Shown in pieces: positions 13,871-26,914 of a DNA stretch of 64,000 nt. The notes below the pieces were generated by a model. That model was not told where the DNA came from and searched no databases. It saw nothing but the letters and a program-made list of their open reading frames with translations. Source of the DNA: Callorhinchus milii (taxonomy: Eukaryota); the NCBI RefSeq assembly GCF_018977255.1, contig NW_024704743.1, positions 71,736,001-71,800,000 of the forward strand, read 5' to 3'. Positions within the stretch are counted from its first letter, which is position 1. Each line of letters begins with the position of its first letter. A program made the translations under genes and the position numbers.

Positions 13871-15724
13871 CTTCACTGTTTGTACTGTTCACTTAGCCCA
13901 ACTCTACCTCCACAATAATCAAATCCACTCAGTATGTTCCAATATGGCATTGCTACATCACTGCCAGAGCTCCACACGCAACTCAACTCTTTGAACCTCT
14001 GTTTCGGAAATTTTGCTTATCTGTCACGAGAACATCCCAAGGTGCTGGACGTCAAGAATTTGTATCATAGTTATATTATTTCTACAGTATTAGAAATCGA
14101 ATGCATCAATCCCAGTAACAAATGTTTTTTTTGTAAAGGCACAATACACATAAGCCACACATACTGTATCTTGACTTCAGTTAAATTGTCACAAACAATA
14201 CTTTCCAACTAAAACATTAACTTTTAGCTATGCTCAGCATCGACCTCCCCCTCAGATGTACCACACAGTGGATGACTGTAGAGTGAGTAAGAGAAAAATA
14301 CAATTGATAAACTAACTTTCTTTTTTTCTTGGCTCTGTCATAAGAAATTTAATGCATCAATCTCAGTGACAAATGTTCTTTTTTGCAAAGCCACAATACA
14401 CATAAACCAAGACGCAATGAAAACAATGCCCATGATATCACATGTATTCTTCTTGAAAGCTCAGGTCAGAGTTCAATAACTTCCCAAGTGATCCTGTAAC
14501 AGAATCATTCAGCCTCACAGCTGGAGTTTTAGGGTTGTAACCTGATACACCTTTTATTCCCAAATTTGGCTAAGGTTCTGAAAAACTAGAGTTCCATCAA
14601 CCCCTGCGGATGAGTTTAGATACGTGATTGCACGTTCCCTGCAGCCTTCAACAGGTGCACCAATTCAGCAGTCCTGTGAGTTCTGATGTGGACGTGTCAA
14701 TCATTTCTTTTAGGTTTTGATTGACTGACACTGTCAATCATTGCTTTTCTGGGTTTTGATTGGCTAAACATTAATCATTAGTTTTTCTGGCATTATTTGA
14801 TTAAAACAATATTTAACTGTTGTTCTGGCATTATTTGATAAAAACAAGATTAAAATCCAAATGTTTTAAATATGTGCAATTTTCCAAATTGGATAGTGGA
14901 AGCCAGGAAGAAAAAGACAAACCAGCAAGAAGTTCTGCAGTCACATGTTTAAGCGAATAAAAGCTTGGCTAGCTGAGGTAGAAAAATAAAGGTTAGAACA
15001 TGAAAGAGAGAATGGGGAGGAAAATGGAATAATGGATGAACAGAATTAGTGGATGTAAAATATATATTTTGATGAAAATTACTTTTTAATCCCTTCCCTC
15101 CATCCCTTCAAAAACCTTCTTTAAGACCTACCTTTTCGGCCACATGTTAAAACGCATTCTTTCCTCCTGAACTTTGACTCAAAGTCAACTCTGTGAAGTG
15201 CTTTGAGATATCTTCCTGATGTGAAAACCACCATATAAATGTAAATTGTAAAATGGAACAAAAGATAAGCTGGCTCTCGATCAAGTGGCACCATAAGATT
15301 GTGTTACCTTTATACTGCTTCACTTCTCCTTCTGTGTGGATTGCAAGGTGCCATCATGAAGTAAAGATACCATCATGTAGTAAAACTATCAAACAGAAAA
15401 TAGGTTATCAGCTAATACCAAGAACAGCATGCTGTGCCAGAACCTAATTAAATAAATACATAACTACACCTAAGTAGGCTTCACAATGCCTATGGCTGTA
15501 CCATCTTGTCGTCATGACATTGAACTTTTTAAATGAGTCGAGAGTCCTGGTCTCAACTCCCTTTCTGAAAAGGGAGAGAGGGGGGCATCACCTATCAGGA
15601 TGTAAAATCAATTATATTACCAATAAATGAAAATTTTTGCATTCCCTCCCCACCCATTCCGATTCTCAGTAAATAACGACTCCCTTTCTTTTCAACCAGG
15701 AAAACATTTCAACACTTGGTAATT

Positions 15725-16210
15725 CAACAACAACAACAAGTTGCATTTATATAGCACCTTTCACGTTGGGGGGATGTCCCAAGCTGCTGGACAGTCGAGG
15801 GTCTGCACCTGAACTGTGGATTGGATTCAAGAGGGTTGGGGGGCAAGGATGGTGGAGTTGGGAAGATGACCGTAGGCATGGTGAAAGAGATGGATCTTAA
15901 AGGAGGTGAGGGAAGGGGTGATGTGAAGGGGTTGGAGTTCCAGACAGAAAGGCTGGAGACCTGACTGCCAATGGTAGGGCAGACAAGGTGGGGAACGTGA
16001 AACAGGTCAGTGTGTGCCGAGCGAAGGGAACAGGCGGATTGGTACAACAACAACAACAAGATTCCTGGTAGGGTTTTAGAAGGTCATAGAGTTAGGGCGG
16101 GGCAAGACCATGGAAGAATTTAACAATGAGGATGAATATCTTGAACTCTATCCTCTGGGGGATGGGGAGCCAGTTGAGCTGGACGAGGATGGGGGTGATA
16201 GGCTCGCAGA
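15725..16210 (-). mobile_element. L2 LINE 3' fragment
   Basis: (CAA)n GTTGCATTTATATAGCACCTTTCACG tail; ITPILVQLNWLP-like remnant on the minus strand. Confidence 0.78.
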
Positions 16211-16404
16211 GCTTTGTCTGCAAGAGAACATGAGCTGCAGAGTTCTGAATGGGAGGACATCTCAATGAGTTTCAAAGAATATTCAAAGGATATATGTAAA
16301 GTGAAGGACAGTGGATTAGTACAATTACTATATAAATATTTCAACACAAAAAATCAATTTTGTATTGACTGTGTATTTTGCAGGCAAGCCTGATAGCCAA
16401 ATTT

Positions 16405-16600
16405 AAGAACATAATGTAAGAATATAAGAAATGCTAGACGAAAAATAGACCAAGGTCCATCTAGTTTGCCTTCCACATTCCTGGCATCACATACACATAT
16501 CTCTCGAACTACGTATGTACTATATCCCATAATGTTATTTCCTAAAAGAAAACTATCTAATCTGTGTTTGAAGGAATCAACACTTCCTGCTTCAACTGTC
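16405..16600 (-). mobile_element. CR1 3' end, same family as 13480-13678
   Basis: Reverse complement gives VEAGSVDSFKHRLDSFL and the same 3' UTR and tail as the 13.5-kb copy. Confidence 0.85.
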
Positions 16601-18814
16601 TCCCTAATTTTGACCCAGCAATGTCCCACAGTGAGCTAAATAGCTATTTTCTCTTCCTGTTTTCTGAAGTTCCTATCTGTGTTAGGTAGAGTTGATGTCC
16701 TCAAAATGAAAATTGTTCCCCAGCTTCTTTGTTTTCTCCAAATTGTTCCATAAAACAAAGCCCAGGAATTGTGGAATTGTATTTGTAAGATCTCATTATG
16801 TATATGGAGTGCACAGCATTCACTTATTAGGTTCAAGCAGTTACAATGTCCATTATACCAAGGAGGAGTGACTCCCAAAGATTTATATCTGAGCTGCTCA
16901 CTTGCATAGAAATACATTAGAAAAACATTAATTCAGCCCAACTAGTCTGTGCCGGTCTTTATACTCCACACAAGCCTCCACCCTTACTAATTCCCTCTCC
17001 AATATCCCACTAATCCCTTCTACCTCATGCATGCAAGTTTCCTCTTGAATGCATGGATGCTTTTTATTTCAACCTCAGCTTTTGGGACTGACGTTTCCAC
17101 ATCCACACTATCGTCTGTGTAAAGAAGTTCCTCCTAAGCTCTCTTTTAGATCTGCTATTAGCTTAACCATATTATATTAATACCCCCTCATTTTGGACTC
17201 ACCAACAAGTGGAAACAAGCTATTAACCAATTGACCTGCTGGACAAGATTCCCATTTTAGACAGATATTCATGGGTTGGGATGGAGCAATCTCTTTTAAT
17301 GCCTGCCCTATCACTTGCCGATCTTATTTTGCCCACAAAATATACAGTCAATTCACTTTACAGTATATCCTGTGAAGCGCTTTGAGACGTCTCAAAGATG
17401 CGATATGGCGCTATATCAAATGCAAGAATTATTATTATTATCTTTCATAGCAAACCTCAATGTGTGGACAACAGTGCAAGATAGATGGAGATAGATGCCT
17501 CCTCTCTCACTTTCCGTGGAGCCTATCTTTGCACCCCTCTATGGGACAAGTTAGAGATTGATTACAATTTAAATATTGTAGTATATTACTGTATAAACAT
17601 TTCAACAGAAATGATCCATTTTGGCCTGCATTATATATTGTTTTAATAAAAAAATCTGATAGAAGCAGATGTATTTCGTACTTTTAGTGAGTTCTTATGT
17701 CTCTTGGCTTGGTGGTCATTTATATTCCTGCCATCAATTTGCCTTTATGAGAATAAAATTATTTCTGAAAAGACATGAAAACTAATTGTGGTTCTCAAGA
17801 GTAAATCATCTTTAGAACATTTTGTTAATGCCTGAATGTGAATGTTAGATTAAAATAAATGGTGTAAAAAGTGTGTGCTAAGCAGAATGTCATTTGTTCT
17901 TTCCACAGTCTTTTTCTTTGAAGTTAAGCTTGATATCCCTGACAATGAAAAAGCAGCTAACTTTCACCCATTCTCCAAGGAGATAGGAATAAAGTCAACA
18001 TAGCTGATAGCTAAATTACCTTTTCATTATACTTTCACCATTTGGCCTACTTCACAATATTTCCCAGGCAATAGATTAATAGTCATTTCTACTTTTCTTA
18101 TGTAATAGAGTTGGCAAGATCCATGGCTTCTAGTGTACTCCTATCCTACTTTAAGTTTATTACTGAGCACTCTGTTTCAGCTGCAATGTGTGTTGTGGAG
18201 TGTTCAGTTCATGTACGTCCTGGGCCATTGCTGTAGACTGATGTATGCTTTGCCTGTAAACTATAAAATTTGTGCAATCCAGACACAGTTCCTGTAAATG
18301 ACAAAAGTCTCTACTTGGAGGAGGGGTGGGGGGAGGGGGGTTGATTCTCCTCTAGTTGGTAAGTTGACAGCAAGTGTATATTATTTTCTATTGATCACCT
18401 ATCAGCCAAATCTTCACAAACACTGTTCACAGTGAAGCCCAGTTAAGTCTGATTAATCCCCTTCCTATCTCACTGGCACAAGACAATTGTAGCAGTCATT
18501 CTGCTGTCTTGGATAGGATCACCTCATCCAGCACAGACTGAGGATGAGACTTCACTTTGTCTCCTACAAGTGGATTTGCTGAGGGACAGCTTCCAGGTTT
18601 TCCTCCAGAGCTTACTTGTTAATGGATCACCAATGTCTTTTCCCAGGAGCTGCCTGGGAGTTCTGTGTCTTCGGTCATCATTGAGGGGCAGTAATGGGTA
18701 ATAATATAATAGTAATCCTTGCATAGCACATCTCAATGCACTTCACAGGAATTACAGTAAAGTGCAGTTATTGTATATTTTTAGGCAAAACAGAGCAGCC
18801 AATTTGCGCAAAGC

Positions 18815-19450
18815 CTGGCACATTCACTCCCTGGCACCTCCCTACCTCTCCGACCTCCACACTCCCCACTCCACCACCCGGCGCTTCCCCTCGACTGGCA
18901 TCGGCCTCCTGCTCATCCCTCGCATCCTCCACTCCACCATTGGAGGTCGCACATTTAGCTACTACGCACCAAAACTCTGGAACACTCTCCCTCAATCACT
19001 CTGCCTTGTCCCTTTTTTCAAGTCGCGCCTGAAAACCTTCCTTTTCGACCATGCTTATGGTTATGGAGTCCTGTAGCTCAGTGGTTAGAGCACTCGCTTT
19101 GCAAGTGAGAGACCTGAGTTCAATTCCAGGCAGAGGGCGAAACCTTGGGCAAGTTTCCTTACTCCACACAGAGCCTAATAATAATCCCTCCAAAACAAAA
19201 CAATAATAAATTGGTCATTTTCAATCTACGACTGTTTGTGGGACATTGCTGTGCGCAATTGGCTGCCGCGTTCGCCCACAAATATACAGTCAATTCACTT
19301 TACAGTGTGTTCTGTGAAGCGCTTTGGGACGTCTTCCCGACGTGAAAAGCGCTATATCAAATGCAAGGATTATTATTATTTTTATCTCCCCCCACCCCCT
19401 CCCCCACCGAGCCCGCAGTCAGACTCCGCCACTATTAAGCGCTCTGAGAT
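18815..19450 (+). mobile_element. L2 LINE 3' fragment interrupted by a young SINE
   Basis: [11 protein letters not shown]...IGGRTFSYYAPKLWNTLP...FKSRLKTFLF; the 3' UTR resumes at 19381 after the SINE. Confidence 0.85.
19064..19380 (+). mobile_element. young full-length tRNA-derived SINE, short subfamily
   Basis: GGAGTCCTGTAGCTCAGTGG box A, GAGTTCAATTCC box B, Deu-like core, (ATT)n tail. Confidence 0.93.
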
Positions 19451-19464
19451 TGTTGTTATTGTGG

Positions 19465-19918
19465 AACCTATCACCCCCGTTCTTGCCCAGCTTCACTGGC
19501 TCCCCATTCCTCAGAGAATCAAGTACACTTGTTCTTATCTTCAAGGCCCTCCAGGGTCTTACTCCCCCCCTCTCCAAATTATAACCCCACATCAGCCTGT
19601 CCTCTCCCTCCATTCGGCAGACAGAACCAGCATGCTTCCGGTCCCCTGCACTTCCCACCCCACCATTGGTGGTCGGGCATTCAGCATCTCTGCCCCCACA
19701 CTCTGGAACTCTATCCTGCAACCCCTCCACCTCATCCTCTCTCTTGCCTCTTTCAAATCCTGTCTGAAGGCTTTCCTCTTCAATCGTGCCTTCGGCCACC
19801 CTCCCACCCACCCTGCCCTCCCTCCCTATTGACTTCAGCTCCCAGCTTGGGTCCAATAACCTGGGACGTCTTTCTGATGTGAAGGACGCTTTACAAGTAT
19901 AACTTGTTGTTGTTGTTT
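19465..19918 (+). mobile_element. L2 LINE 3' fragment
   Basis: [17 protein letters not shown]...[16 protein letters not shown]...FKSCLKAFLF; (TTG)n tail. Confidence 0.88.
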
Positions 19919-20589
19919 TTGACACAGAGGAGAGAGTGCTACCAACTGAGCCAGGCTGACACCCTAAGCTTTGGATTCACAATAGAGTACATTCAAACCC
20001 AGGTGGAATTTTACAATGATTTTAAAATTCCTGTTGCGAGTTGAAATTAGAAAATTGAATGTGGTGGAACAAGCACAGAAATGGAAATGTGCTTCTAGGA
20101 TATATATTGTATGTATGAAACCATTGCTTGATTGAATCTGAGCTTTATGATGAATATCCCTTTCACACAAAACCCCAAAGACGTTTTGGAAAAGTCTTGT
20201 GTATTTTTTATCAAGTTACAGTGGTTGTGGCTATGACTAATGTTTACTGAAGTGTGTTAAAACAACTCCAGGGACTTTTCTTTCTGCTGTTGAATTGGCA
20301 AGAGGCAATGAGAGCTGCACAAAGAGGAGAAAATCAGAGAAATCCCAGTGACCTGAGATGGAAAAAATAGCTGTTGCTGCAAGTTTAATATTAATGTGAT
20401 ACTGCATACATACATACACTGTAATGTAAAAAAAAGACCAGTATGGCTTTAACTACTTAGAAATATACAATAAAGGAGTGGGACTCTCTACAATTGTAAA
20501 GTGATCAACAACTGATACAACTGTTAGTATCACTCTCCCAAGGGTTCTCATCCTCTCAATTATTGATGGATAAAGCAATACATACTTTA

Positions 20590-20835
20590 CCCAAGGGACC
20601 ATTTTTCATGTGTGAGACTGAATACTGAATGCAAGCAACTTAGTTTTCTGGGGCCAGTTTTGTCCTCATTTCTCACACATACACAGAGAAAACACTTTCC
20701 AAGAAAGGGCACAGGAACAGAACCTGTTCCCCACTCTTAGCCTCATTATTTCCCCAACTGAGACCAGCTAATTCAGTGTGGACAATGAGTGCACATGGAA
20801 ATATCCTGGGTAACCACTTACCAACTGAGCCATCA
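20590..20835 (-). mobile_element. ancient tRNA-SINE of a third family (tentatively AmnSINE2-like)
   Basis: CCATTTTTCATGTGTGAG...CAACTGAGACCAGCTAATTCAG...ACCAACTGAGCCA; related pieces at 30925-31210, 41170-41260 and 62750-62930. Family name is from recall only. Confidence 0.45.
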
Positions 20836-21058
20836 AGAGGCTTTCTGTTCCTTTCTAATTGAATAGATGTACTGAAATTCTCAGTTGGAGATTGTTTTCA
20901 TTTTTTCAGTGTTCACTTTTTTGTAAGCCGGGTGTCTGACACATGCAAAACCCCATTACCATGCTTAAGAGTATCCAAACCAAACAGAGTTCCATGTATC
21001 CAACCGATATGTGGAAATTCCATACATATATATGAGTGCCATGAGGGATATAGCTTAG

Positions 21059-21403
21059 TGGAGACCTGTGGCTTAGTGGTTAGAGCGCTTGCCTCGCAAA
21101 CGAAAGAACCTGGGTTTGATTCCCGGGTATGGGAAACGTTGGGCAAGTTTCCTACTCCACACGCCTCTGTATACCTAGCAGTAAGTAGGAAACCAGTTGT
21201 TAGTTGATTGGTGGATCGCTTTTCCTGGCATAATAATCCTTCAAATCAATAATAATAATTTGGTCACTCAATCACGACTGTAATTGGGACACTGCTGTGC
21301 GCAATTGGCTGCCGAGTTTCATCCACAAAATATGCAGTCAATTCACTTTACAGTATATTCTGTGAAGCTCTTTGAGACATGAAAAGCACTATATCAAATT
21401 CAA
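21059..21403 (+). mobile_element. tRNA-derived SINE, long subfamily
   Basis: Same head and tail as the short form plus an internal CTCTGTATACCTAGCAGTAAGTAGGAA...GGTGGATCGCTTTTCC segment. Confidence 0.88.
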
Positions 21404-21769
21404 GAGCCCCACAATTTCCCACACGTGCAGAGGTTAAAAAAAATGTTTGTCAAGTGTTGATGCATTGCAATGGTCTGTGTTCCTATGAGTGGGTGATCAT
21501 CTACTTTAACTGGAGGATGGATTTTGTACAAGCAACCCTCCACACACACACACAGTGCAGAGCAGTTAGCAGGCATCCGACACCTGAGCATCAGGAGACT
21601 TCAGATCCAAAGTTCAAATCAGTCCTGGAAACTCCTGGAACATAACCCCAGGCTCCCCTCAAGATCAGGGGCAGTTCTAGCTAAAGGCAAACTAGGCAGC
21701 TGCTTAGGGCAGGAGACTGGATCTATTTCATAATGCACATCTTCAGTTTTAAATCCCTCTTGTCTTGCC

Positions 21770-22082
21770 CCACCCTACTTCTGTAACCTACCAGAACACC
21801 AGCTCCCTCTATATGACAGGCTCTGACCTGCTTCACGGGGCTCTTCCTGCCCCTTCATTGGCAGTCAGGCTTTCAGTCTTTCTGCCCCCACTCCATCCCC
21901 AAATCCCTTTGCCTCGCCTCTTCCCTCAACTCCTTCAAGGTCTGTCTGAAGACCTTCCTCTTTGACCTAACTTTCGGTCATCTTCCCCATTTCCCTCTGC
22001 CCCCTTTGACTATCCAGTGCCTTGGGACATCCTGCTGATGTGAAAAGCACAATATAAATGCAATTTGTTATTATTGTTGTTG
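21770..22082 (+). mobile_element. L2 LINE 3' fragment
   Basis: CTTCAAGGTCTGTCTGAAGACCTTCCTCTTTGACC...CTTGGGACATCC...GTGAAAAGCAC.ATATAAATGCAA(TTG)n. Confidence 0.75.
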
Positions 22083-22254
22083 ATTCTGATACAGCCTTGG
22101 TTTTCTGCAGGATATGACCTCTGGATCCACATCTTGATCTGATTCTTCCTCTGACATGGCTCACACTCAGACACAGCTCCTGCACAATCTAGTTTTGCAG
22201 GGTTTGTAAGAATACTGCATCTGCTTCTGTTTCTCTTGCTTATTAGGATGAGAC

Positions 22255-22710
22255 CAGGGATGAGTGATTTGGCCTATGAGCAGAGATGGAGCAACTGGGA
22301 CATTTTTCACTGGAAACGAGAAGGTTCAGAGGTGATCTCATAGAGGTGTTTAAAATTATGAGCGGTTTTGATAGAGTCAATAGGGAGAAATTGTTTTCAC
22401 TGGTCAGTGAGTCAACGACTAGAGGACATCAATTTAGAATCATTAGTAAATGAGCAAATGGGAAGGTTAGGAAACTTTTTTCACACACGGGATGGTTAGG
22501 ATATAGAATGTCCTCCCAGGAGCAGTAATTGAGGGGAAATCCATATTGACCATCAAGGGGGAACTGGACAGATACCTTATAATGAGTCAGCTACAGGGGG
22601 AATGGGGAAAGGGCAGGTAAATGGGTCTAAAAGGATTGGTCTTGAGGGAGCCGGCACTGACACGATGGGCTGAGTGGCTTTCTTCTGTGCCATAAGTTTC
22701 TACAGTTCTT
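22255..22710 (+). mobile_element. CR1 LINE 3' fragment
   Basis: Remnant YEQR..QLG.FSLETRRFRGDLIEVFKIMSGFDRVNREKLF...TRGHQF; 3' UTR GACACGATGGGCTGAGTGGCTT.CTTCTGTGC. Confidence 0.88.
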
Positions 22711-23212
22711 TGCCACTAGTGCTGTGCACATATATGCACCTTCCTATATGTGTGCAGACAACCATGTACTTGGAAACACAACTAAACAGTCTTTTTTTTA
22801 TATATATATATATATACACCCACATATAGCATCCCATTCACCTCCCTTTACATTTGTACATGTAACAAAATACTAATGTTTTTATATGGATAGACAGTGT
22901 TGAGTATCCACAAGACAACCAGCAGCTCAAAGCAACAGCTTCCCTCTTGCATTAATACTCAGTGTTGGAAGTAGGATTCTTACAAACCCCGCAGTAACCT
23001 ACTTATTTGAAGCAGCTTGATGGTGTAGGATGGATGTTCTGTCAGGATGAAATTGGTTAGACCAAAGGGCCTTCTTCATCCAAACCAATCTTGGGATCAT
23101 TAGCACTTGATAGGAATCTGAGGCTATGCAATTAAAGCCAGGTTAAAGAAAGGTTAACAGCTTACAGTACGAGTACTTATAATACTGCAACAACTTCTTA
23201 GTCTACGGAAAC

Positions 23213-23246
23213 ACATAATATGCACATAATATGCACATAATATGCA
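23213..23246. repeat. short tandem repeat (CACATAATATG)x3
   Basis: Directly visible. Confidence 0.85.
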
Positions 23247-25414
23247 TACGTCCTTCCAAATAAACAGAGAAACACAACTAATCATAGATAACAATCCTTG
23301 TATTTAATTTATATCTTATCACATTGTCAAAACATCTCAAAGCACTTCAGAAATTTTACTTAAAGTGCCGTGACCGTCTTAAACGCAGTAGGCAATTTGT
23401 ATCCAGTGAAGTCCCATAAACAGTGAATGAACAATTGTATTTGCATTGAATGCATTCAAACACATCCCTGCATAATTATGTACAAATATACATGTGCCCC
23501 AAAAGAGTACTAACATTGGTGAAGTGTTAGGCTCAGTACTTACGATCAGGAGCAATACACATTGAAAAGCCATTTAAACATACAAAACTGTTACACAGAT
23601 AAAGCACCATAAAACAGAAGCATGCAGATAAACATATAATCCATATCTATCTGCTTACTGAAATAAATAAATGAGAAAATGGAACAATTTCAGTGCAAGG
23701 TTTTTTTAAAAAAATACAGTTTCTCAGTTAATTATGGGAAAATTGAATTAGTAAATGTTTTAAGGAACTAGTTTTAGGATATGTATAGGATATATTTAAT
23801 GTATATTTCTGTACTTCTGTTGTTCAGTATAAATGTTTTACAGAAAATAATGTTTTGCAAATGTTAATGTAGAAAACATTTATATGGAGGAAGCTGACAA
23901 GGACATTCAGTGTTGAAGGACATAACATAGCATCTCCTTATAGTTCAAAGGAAAGGCTGCTTCTCATTGCATTTCAGTTTGGATTGTGTCCAATAATCTT
24001 ATGGCTGAAAAATGTATAAAAAGATAGCAAACCCCAACTGCATTTTCATTATAAGATTCATCCGGAGCATTCATTTATAATAACGAGCTTTTAAGAAAAA
24101 TTATAAAGTAATCCAGGCTGATTTTAAATGATTTAAAATGGGATCATGTTTTAGTGAAGGGAATTAGGTAAATTTGACATTTCATCATTTCCAATGCCCT
24201 CCTCGGTAGCCTCCCCAGCTCATAAAATCCAATTAACTTAAAACTCATCCACCCATATCCTGACACATACTAAACTCCCATCACCCTAGTCCTTGCCAGG
24301 CTCCACTGACCACCCCCCCTCCCAATGAAAATGTTAGGTGGGGGCATATGTTTAGACCCTCCCACCCAACTGTGAGTCTATTTAAGGCTCATAAGATGCA
24401 TTTTTTATATTATCATATTTTACAGTTTATCACACTGAATGCATTTCCTTTCTCACACAGGCACACATGAATATAAATCAGTGCAAAAAAGTTATGCCAT
24501 ATTTCCATTGTCACCAGTAAAATATATATCTTGGACAGTTCTACATAGGGGATTAACAACCGTAGAAAACATGTTAGTTTGGAATCTCAATACATTAAAA
24601 AAATACATTATGGATGCTTAATGAATGGCTGCAAATCTAACATTGATACAGAGTGTACTGAATTCGTAAAAATTATTGCATAATCTATTCTTTATGCCCT
24701 GAATGTATTATTGATTTCTAATCTACGTACTATGGATACACACATAAAATTGTGTATTTTGTGTTATTAACCAGAAACATTTAATGTTGAAACATCAAGT
24801 TTGAAATTATATACATATACATGTGACACCCATGTAATTCTGTATATCCAAGTAATCTGGTAATTATAATTATTATTTGCATATTAACTATAAATGTTGA
24901 GTCATGTGACCATCTCTTCGCTTGCGTACTCGTGATCTTTTGTGATTTCATGTTCATGTCTGGACTTGTGTGTTCCTTGTGCATCTAGCTCACTGCACCC
25001 CAATTCCATATTCATCCCCTCCCTCAAACGTAAAAAGATTCCATTGCCTATGTTCTGGGGATCTGAATTCCCCAAATAAACTATATCAGTCACTTCTTGG
25101 CTGTTTGTGGGATATTGCACTGTGAAGCACTTTGAAACGTCTCAACAAAGTGATCAAGTGCTGCATCAAATGAAAGGATTCTTATTAGTTTTTCTGTAGT
25201 TTGTTGGTTATTATCAACAGTGGTCCATTTACAACAATAAAAGGTACCTCTCAATTATATTTGAATATAAATATTTTGTGGCATTTTCTTCTGCTCTGTT
25301 CTTAAACTCTATCAGAATCTTGAATCGAATCAGTCTGGGAAATGTATTCCTCAGGATGATACTAGTTGTAACAAATAATTTGTATAATAAATCTCTGATT
25401 ATGCGATGCTCGAT

Positions 25415-26012
25415 TCATTTCATCGAGGCTTGATTATGCAAACTCCCTGCTTGTCGGCCTCCCCAACTCCTCCCTCCACAGGCTGCAGATCATCCAGAAC
25501 TCTACAGCCCGTGTCCACTCCTGCACGAGGCTCCGTGACCCCATCACCCCCATCCTCACCTGACTCCACTGGCTTCCCATCACACAGAGGATACAGTTCA
25601 AGATCCTGATCCTCACCTTCAAAGCCCTCCATGGGTCTTGCTCCCCTCTATCTCTGCGACCTCCTAACCCCCAAGCATCCTGCTCGCTCCCTCCGCTCAG
25701 CGGGCTCCGGCCTGTTTCACGTCTCCCGCCTCGCTCGCCCCACTGTTGTCGGGGAGGCCTTCTGCCACCCTACTCCACCCTCTGGAACTCCATCCCACAG
25801 TCCCTCCGCCTCGGCCCTCCCTTGCCTTCTTCAAGACTCATCTCAGGACACTTCTCTTCGACCGTGCTTTCGATCTCCCTGCTTCACCCCCTGCCCTCCA
25901 CCCTCCCCGAACCCGACCCCTGGCTCAGGTCCAAAATCTGACTGTCCAGCACCTTGGGACATCCTCCAGACATGAAAGGCGCTACACAAATGTAATTTTA
26001 TTGTTGTTGTTG
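25415..26012 (+). mobile_element. L2 LINE 3' fragment
   Basis: SRLDYANSLLVGLP...LQIIQN...ITPIL..LHWLP...IQFKILILTFKALH; (TTG)n tail. Confidence 0.9.
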
Positions 26013-26131
26013 CTCATCTGACTGATGAGAAGACATTATTTGTTGAGAAAAATGAATCCATCAAAACAAAGATTTGAGAATTCTTTGTATAAAAGGAAGC
26101 AATGTGTGGAAAAGGCTATTTCTGATGCACC

Positions 26132-26455
26132 TGGAGTCCTATAGCTAAGTGTTTAGAGCACTCGCCTTGCAAGCGAGACACCTGGGTTCAATTCCAAGCA
26201 GGGCGAAACCTTGGGCAAGTTTCCTTACTCCACATGCCTAATAATAATCCCTCCAAAAACCAAAACAATAATAAATTGGTCATTTTCAATCAATGACTGT
26301 TTGTGGGACACAGCTGTGCGCAATTGGCTGCCGCGTTTCGCTCACAAATATACAGTCAACTCACTTTACAATATATTCTATGAAGTGCTTTAAGATGTCC
26401 AGAAGATGTGAAAAGCGCTATATCAGATCCAAGGATTCTTCTTATTATTATTATT
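26132..26455 (+). mobile_element. young tRNA-derived SINE, short subfamily
   Basis: GGAGTCCTATAGCTAAGTG head, GGTTCAATTCC box B, same body and tail as other copies. Confidence 0.9.
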
Positions 26456-26914
26456 TAGAAACTGTCAGAGATATTCTGACCTAACTACTGAACATGGCCT
26501 GATCGCTTATTTGTTAATAAAATATTGAGCATCTGAATTGTATGGTATTTGAACAGAGGCAGTATTTGCACTCCAGGGCCCATGTAAAGCCTGCTTCCGG
26601 GGCCCCTAGTCCCCAGCCAACCAAAATTAGTGTGGCTATTCGCTGAAGGGCAGCCGGTGTGGGCCCGGACTGGTCGCTGATTGGTTGCAGTGAGATGTCC
26701 ATCAGTCCGAGCGCCCATTCCCCCCTCCCCCCAACAGGTTTGGGTGGCGGAAAGGCGATTTACAGGGGAATTTCACAATGGCAACCCATTTCTCCCTCGC
26801 TGCTTCTGACCCCATGAAATTGCATGAGTTGCATGTGCCTAATGCCGCCACTGTATTTGAATCCAGTGGTTAATGTGTAGCTTAACTGGGCCACAAATAA
26901 TCTGTTTTCCACCC

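Noticed and set aside
19064..19140. tRNA-Ala-like gene (also at 950-1021, 26132, 28430-28502, 63634)
   Set aside because: These are SINE heads that continue into a shared SINE body and tail, without a proper acceptor stem or Pol III terminator.
19236..19832. Longest ORF in the track (198 aa) as a gene
   Set aside because: It is a read-through of SINE body, L2 3' UTR and an L2 ORF2 remnant, with no independent gene features.
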